A DNA stretch of 64,000 bases, taken from Takakia lepidozioides (lineage: Eukaryota > Plantae > Bryophyta). This document shows positions 25,164-38,693 of this stretch, one piece after another. The stretch spans positions 81,716,001-81,780,000 of the forward strand of contig CM060732.1 of NCBI GenBank assembly GCA_030704615.1, given 5' to 3'. The translations under genes were made by a program, and so were the position numbers. Below the pieces are notes generated by a model. That model had not been told where the DNA came from. It did no database searches and worked only from the letters and a program-made list of their open reading frames with translations. Every line of letters begins with the position of its first letter. Position 1 is the stretch's first letter.

Positions 25164-28100
25164 TCTGCCTCACTCAAAGGAACACAAACAGCAAGCTCAA
25201 TCATGATGTTATGAGGAATTTCAGGAGGCACCATGCCTACATAAATGTCTCCCTCACCCAGTGCCACTTCTGTAATATCGTGAACCACTCGTCGGGATCG
25301 AGGGTCCTTGTGAAGGACCACCTTCCAGTTCCCTCGTGAACTTTTTTCATCCGAGAAAAAAACTTGCTCCACCTGACTAGGGAATGTCCAGGGCTGCTCC
25401 ATCCCAGGCAACATGCGACTGAAGTCAACCAAGAGAAAGCCATAATCATCTCGTTTCATGGTGGCATTCCGGCCCACCATGTGTGACCTCACCCATGTAC
25501 ACAAGAACAGAATTGGGTGAAGAATTCCGTAATCCAGTTGAATTATTTCTATTACAACACCCACATATTCCAATTGGGATAACACTCGTCTGGACATACC
25601 TGCTCTGTTTTCGCTTTCCTGATGGAATACTTGAGCAACTCCAGAATCAAATGTCACCCTGTCTCTGGCGCCAGTCCCATCACTTATTGCTCGAAAGTGA
25701 TTGCCATAAGCATACATGGACTTGAAGCCCAATGACTGTACTGCTGGTGGTATACATAAATGGCATATGTCCAAATCATAGGACTCATCTGAACTCACCT
25801 TGCGTTGGACAGCACCTTCAATCCATTCATGGAATGGAGCCAGTAAGCGCATATCTGTTGGGTATGGAATTTCTCCATTGTGGTGGTCTTGGTCTTGTCC
25901 ACAAAGGTATGTTGTTCTGAACTCAGTGCGGGATGCTTCTATGAGTGCCATCTCCTCTTCATAGGCCCTGTCCAAATGAGAATTGCAAATTAGGATTACA
26001 GCTTATACCATTGGTAGAAATGAAACACACAGGATATGATAAGCAACATACTTACTCAAGGAATGGTTTCATGCAATCTGTGTTGTGCAAAATATACTCG
26101 TGTGCACTGTCTCGTTCTTGAATGGTGAGGACTCGTACAGTTCCCAATCCTTCAACCACCTCCCCACTAACTGAGTCTTCTTCATTGGAGTCCCACACCC
26201 TTCGGCTTGTAGCATGAAATTCAGCCATATACTCAGTTAGAAACCCTAGGGCCTCATCCAAAGCCTCATCCAAAGCATACCCTTCCGCCATGCTCCCTTC
26301 AGGTCGGCTCATATTCCTTACATAGCCTTTTAATGTCTTCATATACCGTTCCATAGGATACATCCAACGGCTAGACACGGGACCACACACCTCCAATTCG
26401 TCCACAAGGTGTACAAGCAAGTGAGTCATGATATCAAAAAATGACGGAGGGAATTCTTTCTCCAGCAGACACATAGTGATTGCAACATCTTCTTTTAAGG
26501 CCGGTACCTCAGCTGGATTAATGATCTTTGCACACACTTTTTGGAAGACTCGAGAAAGCCTCATAATTGCCATCCGTGGACCCTTTCCCAATACCCCTCG
26601 AATGCAAAGAGGTAAAATCTGCTGCATCATTACATGGTAGTCATGGGTTTTCATTGTAGACAGTTTATTGTCAGCCACATGTTTCTGGAATGTGGCACCA
26701 TAACGTGTGGGGGCCTTTACTTCAGCCAATGTTTCCAAAAACAACACCTTCTCATCTTCAGTAAGAACATATGGGGCCAAAGGCTTGACCAACTTGTTCG
26801 GGTGAGAGGGATGGGGTCTCAACCACAAGTGTTCACGAATGACATTGAGTTCCATATCCTTCCTAGATGTGGCTGTGTCCTTCTCCCCAAGAATGGTTCT
26901 CAGCACATTCTCACACAAAAAAATTTCACAATGCATCACATCCAGTGTGTATCGGATGAGTAAGTCTTTCCAGTATGGCAATTGGTTCAAAACAGTGACC
27001 CGTTTCATGCCATGTTCCTTTGAAGGGTCCAGTTTTCCCCCCTCAGCCCCTCCCATTGCGAGATACAACTCTCTGGTTGTAGCCCGGTCAAATTGCTCAC
27101 TTGCAATGACCACCATAGGAGCAGCTCTATGTTCCACATGTCCATTAAAGTGGGACGAGTTATTCCTATAGGGATGAATAGCAGGCAAGTATCTCCTATG
27201 ACCAAGATACAAAACTTTTTTGCATGCCTTGGAGTACCTGGAATCAACATTAGGGTCGCAAGCTGGGCAGGCCTTGTATCCCTCGTGTGCGCATCCTGCT
27301 AGCAACCCATAAACTGGAAAGTCGTGGATTGACCACATCAAGATGGCCCTCATGCGAAATGACTGTTGCCCCACTAGGCTACTTCCATCCAATGCCTCCA
27401 CACCAACTTCCCACAACAATTTCAGCTCATCCACAAGGGGCTGCAGATAAACATCTGCATTGTCATTCCCACAGATTGTGGTCCAGGAATCAATAAAGCC
27501 AACATCGTGAAAAATGGCTTAGTACACAGCCATGGTGGAAGATTATAGTTTACACACATGACAGGCCAAGTTGACCATTTGTTTGATTTATCACTGTAAG
27601 GATTGACACCATCCCATGCGAGACCCAATCGCAGATTTCTGGGGTCCGCTGCAAACTCAGGCCATTTTTGGTCAATGTGGGCCCAAGCCTTGCTGTCTGT
27701 TGGGTGCCTAACCAAGCCATCCAAACTTCGATTCTTAAAGTGCCATGACAATAACTCTGAGATGGATTTGGCTTTATACATTCGAAGCAGCCTTGGAATG
27801 ATAGGGAAATGTCGAAGGACCTTACGAGGTACTGGTGTCTTCGTACCCACCACATAACGACATGCCTGACATTTTGGACAAACCTCCAAATTTTGAAGCT
27901 CCCTTCTGAACACCACACAACCTTTCGGACATGCATGTATACTCTCGTAATGAAGCCTGAGTTCCATTATGAGTTGTTTTGCGGACTTTGGCAGGCAATT
28001 GTCTGCTGGCAACAATTGTCTTCCTAACAATGTAAGGAGTTCATCGACAAAGGTGTTTGACACACCATGGGTTTGACAAGCATTTAACAGCAGTAAGGTA

Positions 28101-28800
28101 GCAGACAATCGAGAGGAAGAACTCCCTACATACAAAGCCCTGGATGCCTCCTGCTCAAAACGTAAGGCACTCGCTACACCACGATCACCATCGCTCTTCA
28201 GTCCACCATCAGTCTGCTCTGGCACTCCATCTGTGTCCCATTGGCCCTGTGTTCCATCTCCCGGTTCCTCATGTGCATCACCAGTTTGCACCCCATTATC
28301 TGTAGTTGCGAATGTCTCCCGGAGCATTCTAAGCATGTCAAGATTACGATCCAAGGTATCAAGACCACCTGCAGGGCTGGTTTCCGTTCTAAACCCCTCA
28401 TGTTCGTCTCCAGAGTTTTCCTGCTTATAAGCATATCAGTCCACATGTCAATCCACAATAAGATGGGGAGTTTAGGGTTGGAAATGGTGGATGTGGAACG
28501 TGCCATAATACAGGCACGTGGCAATAGGAAAACGGGCATGTACAATACTCTACACCTTACAACAATCCCGCTACCAGGAATTTGAACTGTTTCTTATAAT
28601 TTCAAAGTATGCATCAGGGTTAAGGGAAGAGAATCCACAGATATGCACCGGGAGTTCTCGCAAGTTAGGATCTCGCAAGTTCAAAAGCAGATGACGCTTA
28701 GCCCGGCCAATGGTTTGCCAGTTCCCACCATGACAGGCATTGCATGGACATAGAATTTTCCGAAGACCCAGTCTTCTGCTCGCGCTTCTCTAGTTTCCAC
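25055..28800 (-). pseudogene. CACTA TnpD-type transposase (Transposase_21, DUF4218, DUF4216 regions)
   Basis: CPCNACHGG N-terminal exon, IHACPKGC, DPRNLRLGLAWDGVNP, YNLPPW, DVMHCE, MKTHDYH, FPPSFFDIMTHL, RWMYPMER; frameshift near 27430. Confidence 0.92.
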
Positions 28801-29539
28801 AATCTGTCATCGTCATGTTCTGCTTGTGTCCGCCTTTGCAATCGATGGGCAGTAGGAGGGATCATCTTGGCGACTGAGTGAGACTCGTCAGGAAATGGAG
28901 ACAGACATAGAGTGTCCAGAAGTTACACCAGGGCGCAAGCCTACAGCGAGGGAGGTATAGAACGAGCAAAGCGTCAAGCGGAGAACAAGGCATTCTTCGC
29001 ACGACTAAAGATCTACGACATTGCAAAGAGGTCCGAACTTGCATTTTTTTTCATATGCCCTACCTAGCCCTAGCCATGAAAACCGCATTAAAAGCTCCAA
29101 ACCTGCAGAGAGGATATGTTAGGGTTTTGCTGCTGCTGACATTGTCTTTCTTCTTCTTCTTTGCAGCGTCGAAGCGAGTTGAGTCGCCCTAAACGCCTCG
29201 TTGAGGAATCCTCAAACACACAGGTCCTCCTCGCCGAAGTCACAGAGTTCAACTCCTGCACTCTGCAATGTCACAACGGGAGAAAGAGGTAGAGCAAGAG
29301 GAGGCAAGCGCAGGTGGGGTAGCGGAGTCAAACACAGAGGAGGCACGAGAGCAAGAATGCAGCGAGACCAAGATTATGCCGCACATGAAGACTTGAATGA
29401 GACCAGCTCGGAGTCAGAGATGGAAACGATGAAAGAAGCCCCAACAAAGAGAAAGCGCGCAAAGCACCCTGCAAACTCCCCAACCCATCAGCAGGTTTGC
29501 GATCTGCACCAAAGTTCCGAGTTTCAAACACTATATAAC

Positions 29540-30790
29540 TTGTTCCCAGTAATAATTTAGGGTTCTGAGACCTAACAAGCTGATTGATATCTTTACGGAG
29601 CTGGTAGTACCTCGCCCACAATTCTCTGTGGTTTCCAAATTGCAGCACTCTTAGAGAGGGCTCGTCTCTCAGCTATCTTGAGTTTAATCTCATTGGTCCA
29701 CCAATTAACAGCTCTAGCACAAACAATTAGTTTCATCCCAATGATCTTGTCAACCACGGAGCAAACGAAACTCTCCCAAGAGTCCCCTGCTCTTTCGACT
29801 TCATTTCTTGCGTTATCAGAGCGAGACTGAAGTTTCTTGGAGCGATTGCATCGAGAGGGAGAGCCTCTTGCAAGGCCTGGACATACTCAACCTTGACCTC
29901 CTCATTATGAAGTTTTTCTATGCGCCACTTCCGAATCGAATGTTTCACATATCTCTTGGTGTTGGGAAAACACCTTTTGATCTCATTCCAAACCAGGAAC
30001 TGGTCAGAGGTAGCAATATCAGTTCTGTCGATCAACACATTCGCACACTAGGGGAACAAATTTTTGTCCATTATGATATAATCCACAATGGAGCGTTCCC
30101 CAGTTTGGGATTTCTCACGAGTCCATTGCACTTGGTCACCTCTTGTCCTGATATTCAAGGTGAAAAGCTGAAGATCTTCTAGACGGTTAATTAACTGTCT
30201 GCCATTAGAATGAGGGCCTCACTCCATTAGTAGGACTTACCGTGTTATAAACATTAGTTCAGGCTTTCCAGATTCCTTTTAGAAAGCCCTTCACACGTTC
30301 ATCAGTTTTGTTGTATGTGGGCTACCAAGCAATGAGACCCCAACAGGGCCCACCGCTTTAGACTCAGCCTTGAGATATTGATAGTTGGTGAACAGAGGTG
30401 CAGGGACTATTTCTTGATGGTCCTGAAGAGGGTCGCTCTCTGATGAGAATACCCCAGACTTGTATCACAAAATGGACATTGTCTTCAGGCCACCCACACC
30501 AGTGAGCATCAACAATCTCCCTTTCCTCTCTGCATCTGTTTATTGTTCAAAGGTAGACTCCCCATCCGGAGGTTAAATTTTCACTCTAGTGCCAAGGGTA
30601 GGTCTGCCCTTCAGATCATCCTCAAAGTCCTCACCCATGTCACAAACTGGAAACGAGTTCAGGGAGTTTATGCCTAACATTGTTTTGTTCGGACATTCTT
30701 CATGCTTTTGACATGGCCTTAGACACTTCAGCCTCCCACGTCAGATATCATCTACCAGGGTGAGTTCTTCCTTCCTAATATTCAGTATTT
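29540..30790 (-). mobile_element. Decayed LINE fragment
   Basis: Endonuclease C-terminal-like IATSDQFLVW and a 3' part homologous at DNA level to the LINE at 51340-53135 (tgttcaaaggtag, tctagtgcc, cccatgtcac). Confidence 0.65.
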
Positions 30791-33700
30791 ATCATAGGGT
30801 CGCTGGTATGAGGCATGCGTATTCAGCTGACTGTACCATAGTGTCTGACTGACAGGGTCTTCTTGCATAGGCCTTTGGGCTTGGCTTACCCACGTGGTTG
30901 CCATCCCTAGTAGTATGGTCGTATTGTTTCACCATGTTTCTGTTGAGCAATGTGTGCAGAGTTTCAGTCAAAAAGGAAGGGAATTGCAGGGAAGGATGCG
31001 AACGAGCATAAGTCCTCTTACTCCGCAAAGTGTGCACCAACTATTGCGCCAACTGCTGTGATGAGTGGCGCGGTTGTTCCCCCTTACGAAAAACCAGCCC
31101 CGCCCACTCCACAGACTGACGTTCCAACTCCCTGTATCCACCAGTATCGGCTCCTCCCTCGTATCTGCTTATGTACCCACAGTATCCTGCCATTCAGGGT
31201 ATAATCTGCATGGGCACATGCCGTTATCCTCACTATCAACCTCCAAACAATGATTCTCAGTGCCAGAATTACAATTCTTGCTCCACCTCCACCTGCATGG
31301 CGCTCTCAATGCATGATCCTAGTCAAGGTGGGTATTCCATTTACCACCATTATGGAATGCATCCCCACCTACTTCCTCCCTCTATCCTACCAGCCCTGCA
31401 AGACCACATGCTGTATTTTGTAGGAGGAGGAAAATTTTCATTTCTTCTGTGATAACTTGGAAACCCTGAAGGTCCTGCTCGGAACCAGTGGATGACAGCT
31501 CTGCGAGGCCTTGTCAACGGTTTGTTTGGAATGGTCATTGTATGCTCAGGATCAACCATTACACTTATTGAAAGATCGTGGAGGATCCTGGCTTCAGATT
31601 GGGAATACGGAACCTCCTGGTATTAACATAAAGGCTATTACAAAGCAATTTGGCGGCGGCTCAGTTACCAACGAAATAAGCTGTTCAAAAATTACTATAG
31701 TGTGGGGCTGCCCAAACCCCATCATGTGCCAGACAAGACATGGGCACAACTAGTTGTTAGTTGGGGTTCCACTGATTTCAAGAAATTTCAGGCAAATGGT
31801 TGTCAAGGCGCGGGGGGGATGTGTGAAGAATACATCTCGATCAGGTCGCAATTGGAATCAGCGGTGTTGTAGCACGACTGGTATACTTCTCTTACAACAT
31901 AGGAAGTTCCCACATTATTTTGCATTGACAAACTTATGTTGTGTGGGTTTTTTTGGCTGGAGCTCAGAGTCTATTCCTATCACATTGAATTAGTACACAT
32001 TGTTACTACTTGGGGGGCCTTCTCAGAGTTGGGCGCCAGACAAGAAAACTAAGCACTCTTATTGAGGGGGGAGTCATTGACGCTATCCTAGATAAATTCT
32101 TACTGGTGGTGGCAGTGTGCTATGCTAGTCATTAACACTTGCCAAGTTTGTTTTGCAATCACAGGAGAAGGAGACTGGACGTACACCCAAGTTTGCAGGA
32201 GATCGCCGGTAGCGCCAGGAGTGGACAAAGGCTACGGCTCGGGGTGGTGTACAGGCAAGTGCAGCCACAAATGGTATATAAACTCAGTACCAATTCTTGT
32301 GTGAATTACATATTCGTGATTTCCATGCCATTGCTAGTTGCCGATTGGTTCTGTTTTCTTACTAGTCATCAGGAGTCAGTGTAGTGAATTGTACTTTGGA
32401 GGTGTTCTATGTGATGGGGGAGGGAAAATTGGTTCACTATCTGCTCGCCTCGATGCTATGGAAAACAAAACAAGTGCAGATGGAAGCCAGCTCCAAGGCA
32501 AGCTTGAAGCAGTCCAAGGCCAACTGGAGGCAGCAGCTGCATTCAACAATGCGGGGCTCGCAGCTAAACTTTGGCATGAATGTGCCAGATTTGGAACCTA
32601 CAGGTCCACCATGCACCACCTTTGCGCCACACACAACAAAATGAGACTATTTTCTCATGTTATGGGCTCACCACTCAAACATGTTCAAGGGCAGTTTCTT
32701 CAACGCCACCAAAGCCAAACACAATAGGCTCATTGTTTGGGGCTTTCAGAAATGGAGGGGGGATGATGACATGGAGGGTTGGTTCTGAAGGTGAACTCAT
32801 CCATCCCCCCATATTGTTGAGGCAACTGCAAAAGTGTTCAATCCGTTTTGTGTCCCCTACACCAGTAGCACTTCCGGCATATGTACTACCCTCTCAATAT
32901 GCCTGTGAGTCTCCATGAATTTGCAGAGGTGCCCCACAGAAAGGTGTGTCTTTGTACATGATAATCATGTTATGTACAAGGTGTTGGTAATTGCCCTTCG
33001 GCAACTGAGAGACAGAAACACATCCTTATACTTGAACTTGAATGGTGTTATGTGAGAGCCGACTACGAACAAGGGCACACCTAGAGGCCCATTGTCACCT
33101 CCAGACCTGGGTGTCAGGAGTTCTGGAACGATGCCTTCCGATTTTTGATGTAGGTGTATGGTCTTCCATGTCATTTGAGTAATTGTCATTTCAGTTGTGA
33201 AAGCATTGTTTCTGGGAAGCAACCAAAGATGGTGCTTCACCAAGACTATTGTGGACCAACCTGTGGGAAATGGTGGACCCTCTCAATCCTTCTAAAACTG
33301 TTCATGTACAAGAACTTATGTAAAGTTTTGGAAGGACTACAGCCATTACAATCCCAACCAATACTTTGTGTGTGGGGACGATTCCCCACTCATTTGCTTA
33401 CCCAAACCTGCAAATAATTGCATCTTCCCGTATCCATGGAAGTTGGGAGGGATCAGCCAAACTGCAAGAGGCTTATGTAAAAGAATTACTGCCTTGGTTA
33501 GAGGGTGTATCCAGGCTGCACACATCCCTGAGTATGTGTCAGGGCACCCATACAGATATGGGCAGCCCAACTACTTGTTCAATACTGCAGCCATGGGTAG
33601 TGGATCACAACAATCTGCAAAGGCATCCGAACCAGGGCTTCCTGCTGCCAGAGTTCCAACGACTTTGCCTCCCGATGCAACAACAAAGCATAATCAAAGA

Positions 33701-34004
33701 AAGGTGAGAGCAAAAGATTCAATGCTTGGGCGCGTGGGTGGATTTGTATTGTTTATGCTACTTCACAATGTATGTCATTCGTGCTATTCTCATTTTTTGA
33801 TTCATGTGTCATTCAATATGCAGATGGTGAAACCAGTGAAAGCGTTCAATGGGCAGGGAAAGCACAATATGTGCTATTCAATCAGACTACAACCACAGTG
33901 GATTGTAACTGAACCATGGGGTGCCAACAACAAAATCCGCACAGTGTAAGTACTTCCTTTGTCCTCTTTTGTTTCCTTGTCTTATGCTGGGATCAATACA
34001 CCCC

Positions 34005-34625
34005 CTATGTATCGCTGTGTAACTGCAGGATTGACAACCTACAAAGGTAGTTTTGTGACATCGTCCTACCACATCCATGTTGACCATGCAGAACCTGCTA
34101 TCAACTAGGTATGGCACCATTCCACCTTTGATCATGTCAGCATGGAGAATAGAGACAGGCAAATGCAATTCAGAATTGGAAGTACGCAATAGGTAGGGTT
34201 GGGGGTGTTTTGCTGGAAGAACGAGGATGCAATTTTGCAGGAGTGCCAGCTGTCAGTCTCTGTTCTCCAGGGTTCATTTCTGTTATAGGAATCTGGTTTT
34301 TGTTGCAGTTTCAGTTGTATTGTATCGCTGTGTAACTGCAGGATTGACAACCTACAAAGGTAGTTTTGTGACACTCGTCCTACCACATCCATGTTTGACC
34401 AGGCAGACCTGCTATCAACTAGGTTTGCACCCATTCCCCCTTTGATCATGTCATCATGGAGAATAGAGACAGGCAAATGCAATTCAGAATTGGAAGTACT
34501 GCAATAGGTAGGGTTGGGGTGTTGGCTGAAGAACGAGGATGCATTTTGCAGGAGTGCCAAGCGTCAGTCTCTGTTCTCCAGGGTTCATTTCTGTTATAGG
34601 AATCTGGTTTTTGTTGCAGTTTCAG
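34005..34625. repeat. About 315-bp tandem duplication
   Basis: tgtatcgctgtgtaactgcaggattgacaacctacaaagg at about 34007 and 34321. Confidence 0.9.
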
Positions 34626-35826
34626 ATCGGCGACAAGGTATTATTGTTTGATCCTTGTGCACCAAAAGAAGGGCAGGTGTGGGATATAGTGCTGGATTTC
34701 CGAAAGCAAATGTGCCAGACAACTATTACCGTATCCATGTGAAATCGGTCATGATTTCAGAGGTTGTGTTGCCGTACCCGGACTACTCTGTTACCCCTAA
34801 TCATACCACATTGGGTGACACGCAGGGAAGTGCCACCTTATGGTCTGAAAAGTTTATTAAACACGCGTGATATTGAAGATGCTACAAGTTTAGTTTAGTT
34901 TTCTTTATGGATTGAAGGTTGCTGAGACAGGTGAACAAAACTGCTCTTCTGACATGAACAGTATTTTTGAATTGATGCTCTTGCTATTCTCATGTATGAT
35001 CACAAGATCCCCTGTTCAAAGGCAACTTCATTTTCCCACATCAAGCCAAATTAACTTGTGTAGACATGAATGTGGTATTTTGTTGGTTGTTTGCTATATT
35101 TAATATTAATAACATTACTACTGGTCAATGTGGTTCATAATACAATTATTATCCATGTTTTTAAATAAGCTTTTGTTTAAATGAAACAAATCAAATCAAA
35201 ATTCTAAAACAATAATATATTACATATTAAATCAAGCAGCCAATGGCTTTGGGGTGCTATCCCATTTATTATAAGAATAATAATAATAATAATATACTAT
35301 TCATTTTGGCATTTGTCACAAATAATAATTGTTTACTTTTCATCCAATAGGAACAAAACAGTGGATGTGACAGTATTCACCTAGTGTCATTGCGATCACC
35401 CACGACTTGAACCTGGTGTTAAATCTGTGTGAGAGAGTCCGTAAGAAGAGCCCTTAATATCTATTATTTATTTAATAATTCTGATGGACTCTATACGTGG
35501 CATTCCCTTTGACATACATGTGGCAAACATGGTGGCCCGAGGTGTAATAAGTACCGTAGAAAGACCATTAAGATTACTTAGTCAAAATAGTAGTTGAACT
35601 AACCAGTCAAAACGACCGTCAAAATATCCGTCAAAAGAGCCACCTAAGCCTACTGCCACATCAGGTGCAAGTTTGGTGTGAGATGGTTTTTTTCACAGGA
35701 CCAAGAAAGTTCACATGTGGTGCAAAGGACTAGGTTAACCTAACACCAAGGGGGGTGTGAAGTTGCGCTTTTTTCACACAAAATGTGTGAGAAGAGCCGT
35801 TAAAAAAACCAGTTTCCGTACTAGTG

Positions 35827-35900
35827 CCTCCTTCCCGCATCATTTGCTCAACGCCTCCATCCCACGCCCCTGCATATCCTGCGATCATCCCTCGGCTACA
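35827..35900 (-). pseudogene. Short PPR fragment at the CACTA right junction
   Basis: MIAGYAG...EQMMREG; DNA matches 19980-20055. Confidence 0.55.
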
Positions 35901-36599
35901 TGGTGTGGCGCAGGAGACAAAGAAAAACGCCAAGTCCCAGCCCTCCTCTGTGTTCACGATTACCCTAATGGGCAACCTTATTAGCAACTTTTTGACTTTT
36001 TAACCTTTTGCACTTTGATTCACTCTAGGTCAGAGGCTAAAATCCTGCTACCAGACTTGTCTAGAAAACCAAAACACCACGTAGACAAACATTTGATAAT
36101 GGTAATAAAATATATTACCATTGGGCTGGTTTGAACACTTGTTAGTAAATTTATGTTAGGATTTTTAGGTTAGGAAATTTAGGTTAGGATTTTTTCGAAA
36201 TATTCTGGTTTTTTCTTTGATGTGTGAGATGACAAAGTCCAAGCATGTCACATAAACAAGGAGTTCAACGTAAGGATGATGCAAGTGATTGTGGCAAAAG
36301 TGTAAATCATGCCTATGCCTATTTGTCCTACTTGTGTCATAGGTTGCAACGGAACGGGGCCACCTTTGAATGCGATCCCCATGCTCATTTCACCAAGGCA
36401 TTATAGACTTCATAATGTAGAGATTGAAAATGGGGTGTAGCAGGGGGTGATTCTTCACTTGCTAGTAGCCCATCGTGCAGATTTCTAATCATGAACATGA
36501 AGTTCATAATCATTTTCCAAGGGCATCATTCTCAAACTCCCCATACACCACAATGTGGAAATTCTATGGTCCCATTTCACACATGTGTGTAACATGCCA

Positions 36600-36802
36600 T
36601 GTAAACTAAGTCAACTCCCGCAACGCTCATGGCTGTTTCACACCGTTCTTGCCTCGGGTGTGGATCACATGTGAGACACCCCACAGTTAGGGCATATTTT
36701 GACCCACACCTTGGCTCACTCTACAGACCCGTGATAAAAGCCGTGGAATGTGCCACGTGTGAGATGGCAGAGCCGTGGAAAAAGCCAGTTTCTCTTCTAG
36801 TG
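36600..36802. mobile_element. Orphan CACTA right terminus
   Basis: Reverse complement CACTAGAAGAGAAACTGGCTTTTTCC resembles the 22036/35826 TIRs; no partner end found. Confidence 0.65.
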
Positions 36803-36805
36803 AAT

Positions 36806-36867
36806 GTGGGGGGGGGGGGGGAGTGACTGAGCAGTAGCAGCTGCTCAGTCACTCCCCCCCCCCCCAC
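36806..36867. repeat. G/C-run flanked perfect hairpin
   Basis: gt-G14-agtgactgagcag-tagcag-ctgctcagtcact-C12-ac. Confidence 0.85.
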
Positions 36868-36889
36868 CTTCTTTTCTTTTCTTTTCTTT

Positions 36890-37280
36890 GTCTCCTGAAT
36901 AAGTTTGACAATGATAGAGCTTAACTTTTTTTTTCACCTCTTCTTCACAAACAAACCCTATATAAGCATTCATGATGACCATCTGATTTTTTTTTCACCT
37001 CTTCTTCAATAACAGAATCCTAAACAAGTTTCACAAGGACAGCTCAATGTTTTTTTCTACCTCTTCTTCACAAAGACACCCTAAATAAGCAATCACAATG
37101 ACCATGTGTTTTTTTTTCACCTCATCTTCAATAACACAAACCTGAACAAGTTCCACAATAAACCGCTCATTTTGTTACACATCTTCTTCACAAACAAAGC
37201 CTAAATAAGCTTGAAGTGACCATCTGTTTAATTTTCACCTCATCTACATTAACAAAAACCATTGCCTGTTTCACAATGAG
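36890..37280. repeat. About 60-bp tandem repeat, six units, alternating subtypes
   Basis: tttttcacctcttcttca core recurs every 57-62 bp. Confidence 0.85.
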
Positions 37281-38693
37281 GGGTCATATTTTGGGGCCTG
37301 TTTACCTTCCAAGTGCTGGCACCAACTAAGAGCGGTCGGCCAATCCATCTCAACGTGCGTCCTCTGAGTTGTGGCTAGCAAAGCCTCCATGGGGGCAGCC
37401 CGCTTTGCGGCCTGGTTTTGGTGTGTGGTGAGCAGGGCCTCAAGATCAAGAGATCTTTCACTGAGTTTGTTAGCACTGCCCTTATGGTGGGATGCCCTCC
37501 CCTCATCAATTCTTGCTTTCTCTGCCAGTGTAGTCTCGTTACTTGAGCTTGAAGTTGATGTGCAGCCAGGAAACCCCCGAGCTCCACTGTACTTGTGGTT
37601 GATTGCTTTGCAATGTCTTCAATGAGAGCACCTGTTGACTTTGCCTTCCCTTCAAAATCAGCTTGCCTATGCTGTAAACTTTCCAGCTTCTGTGCTAGTT
37701 ATGCCACCTGGGCAGCTTTTACTTCCTGCTGCTCAATCTGAGATTGGTGTGTGACCAGCAGGCTGGTGATATTGCTGTAAGAACGGAGCCAAGGTAGCGG
37801 AGTGGCGAGTTGCTGCCGATGTGAATGACCATCTGAGTGGAAGTTGTGATGGGGGAATGCTTGCACGTGAGGCCTGGCTAGGCTCACGCCACGTCAGCAA
37901 TCATCCACGTTTGCAGGCCCTAATTCCGTGCTGCCCCCCCCCCCCCCCCCCCCCACCCTATTACCGCGGATCGGTTGTCGCCTATGTCCTTATTTTTTGA
38001 TCCATCTTCATCGCCCCCACATGAATATTCTTTCCGACCGAGAACAATGGTAGGTTTGTGGATGGTTTAGGATCGAGGACATGATTTTTGAATGAGGAGA
38101 TCGCCCGCTAGAGAATTGAATATTAACAACAAACCCTTTTTTTTGCAAAGTAGTTCATTCATTCCAACCCACAAACATTTTTCAATGCCGGAATCTGAAG
38201 ACCTACCCCAGGCAATCCCTAACTGTACTTACGGGAACGCGTGAAGAAACTTGAAAACAGTTTGGGGATGGAAGCAAACCAAAACACATTTTATTAAGTC
38301 TCGGTACTTGAACCTCAAGAACTATTGGAGGTTTCAGAGGAAATACTTCCAGAGTCTGCAGCAATTCATCTATGAACACAGCAGCCCATCCACAACGTTT
38401 TTTTTTTTCGCGACCCCCATGGAGAGGCGAATACATTGTTTGTTGGGACAACACCCGTGCGCAAGCTTCCGTGTAAACCGGAAAGCGGTAAGCTCTAGGG
38501 GGACTCGGGGACATGTAGTATCCTTGGAAACCGAAAGGTGTCTGCGTATTCAATGACTGGTGCCGAACTCTGGAAAGCAAGAAGAGGAATGGTGGTAGAT
38601 GTTATCATCCAGAAATAGACAATGTAAGCAACCATCTGTCGAACGGGAATGACACAAGGAAATGCAACATATTTTGCACGACTAGAGCCGAAC

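Larger units (their letters stand above)
29200..34870 (+). pseudogene. CACTA TnpA-like gene (P/Y-rich region, Transposase_24-like, NIF/HAD domain, TNP1-like C-terminus), decayed
   Basis: GNPEGPARNQWMTALRG and PHHVPDKTWAQLVVSW (31460-31780); KHILIL/LNGV...GDDSP...NCIFPYPW (33010-33570); VPDNYYRIHVKSV...LPYP...TLGDTQGSATLW (34710-34870); collinear with 48782-55260. Confidence 0.7.
22036..35826. mobile_element. Full-length CACTA (En/Spm) transposon, 13.8 kb, decayed
   Basis: TIRs CACTACTACAGAAACCGGTTTTT / CACTAGTACGGAAACTGGTTTTT (20 of 23 match), 3-bp TSD CCT on both sides, internal TnpD- and TnpA-like genes. Confidence 0.9.

Noticed and set aside
37290-37900. Possible coding remnant on the minus strand
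   Set aside because: Coding-like composition, but no family could be recognised and no clear exon bounds.
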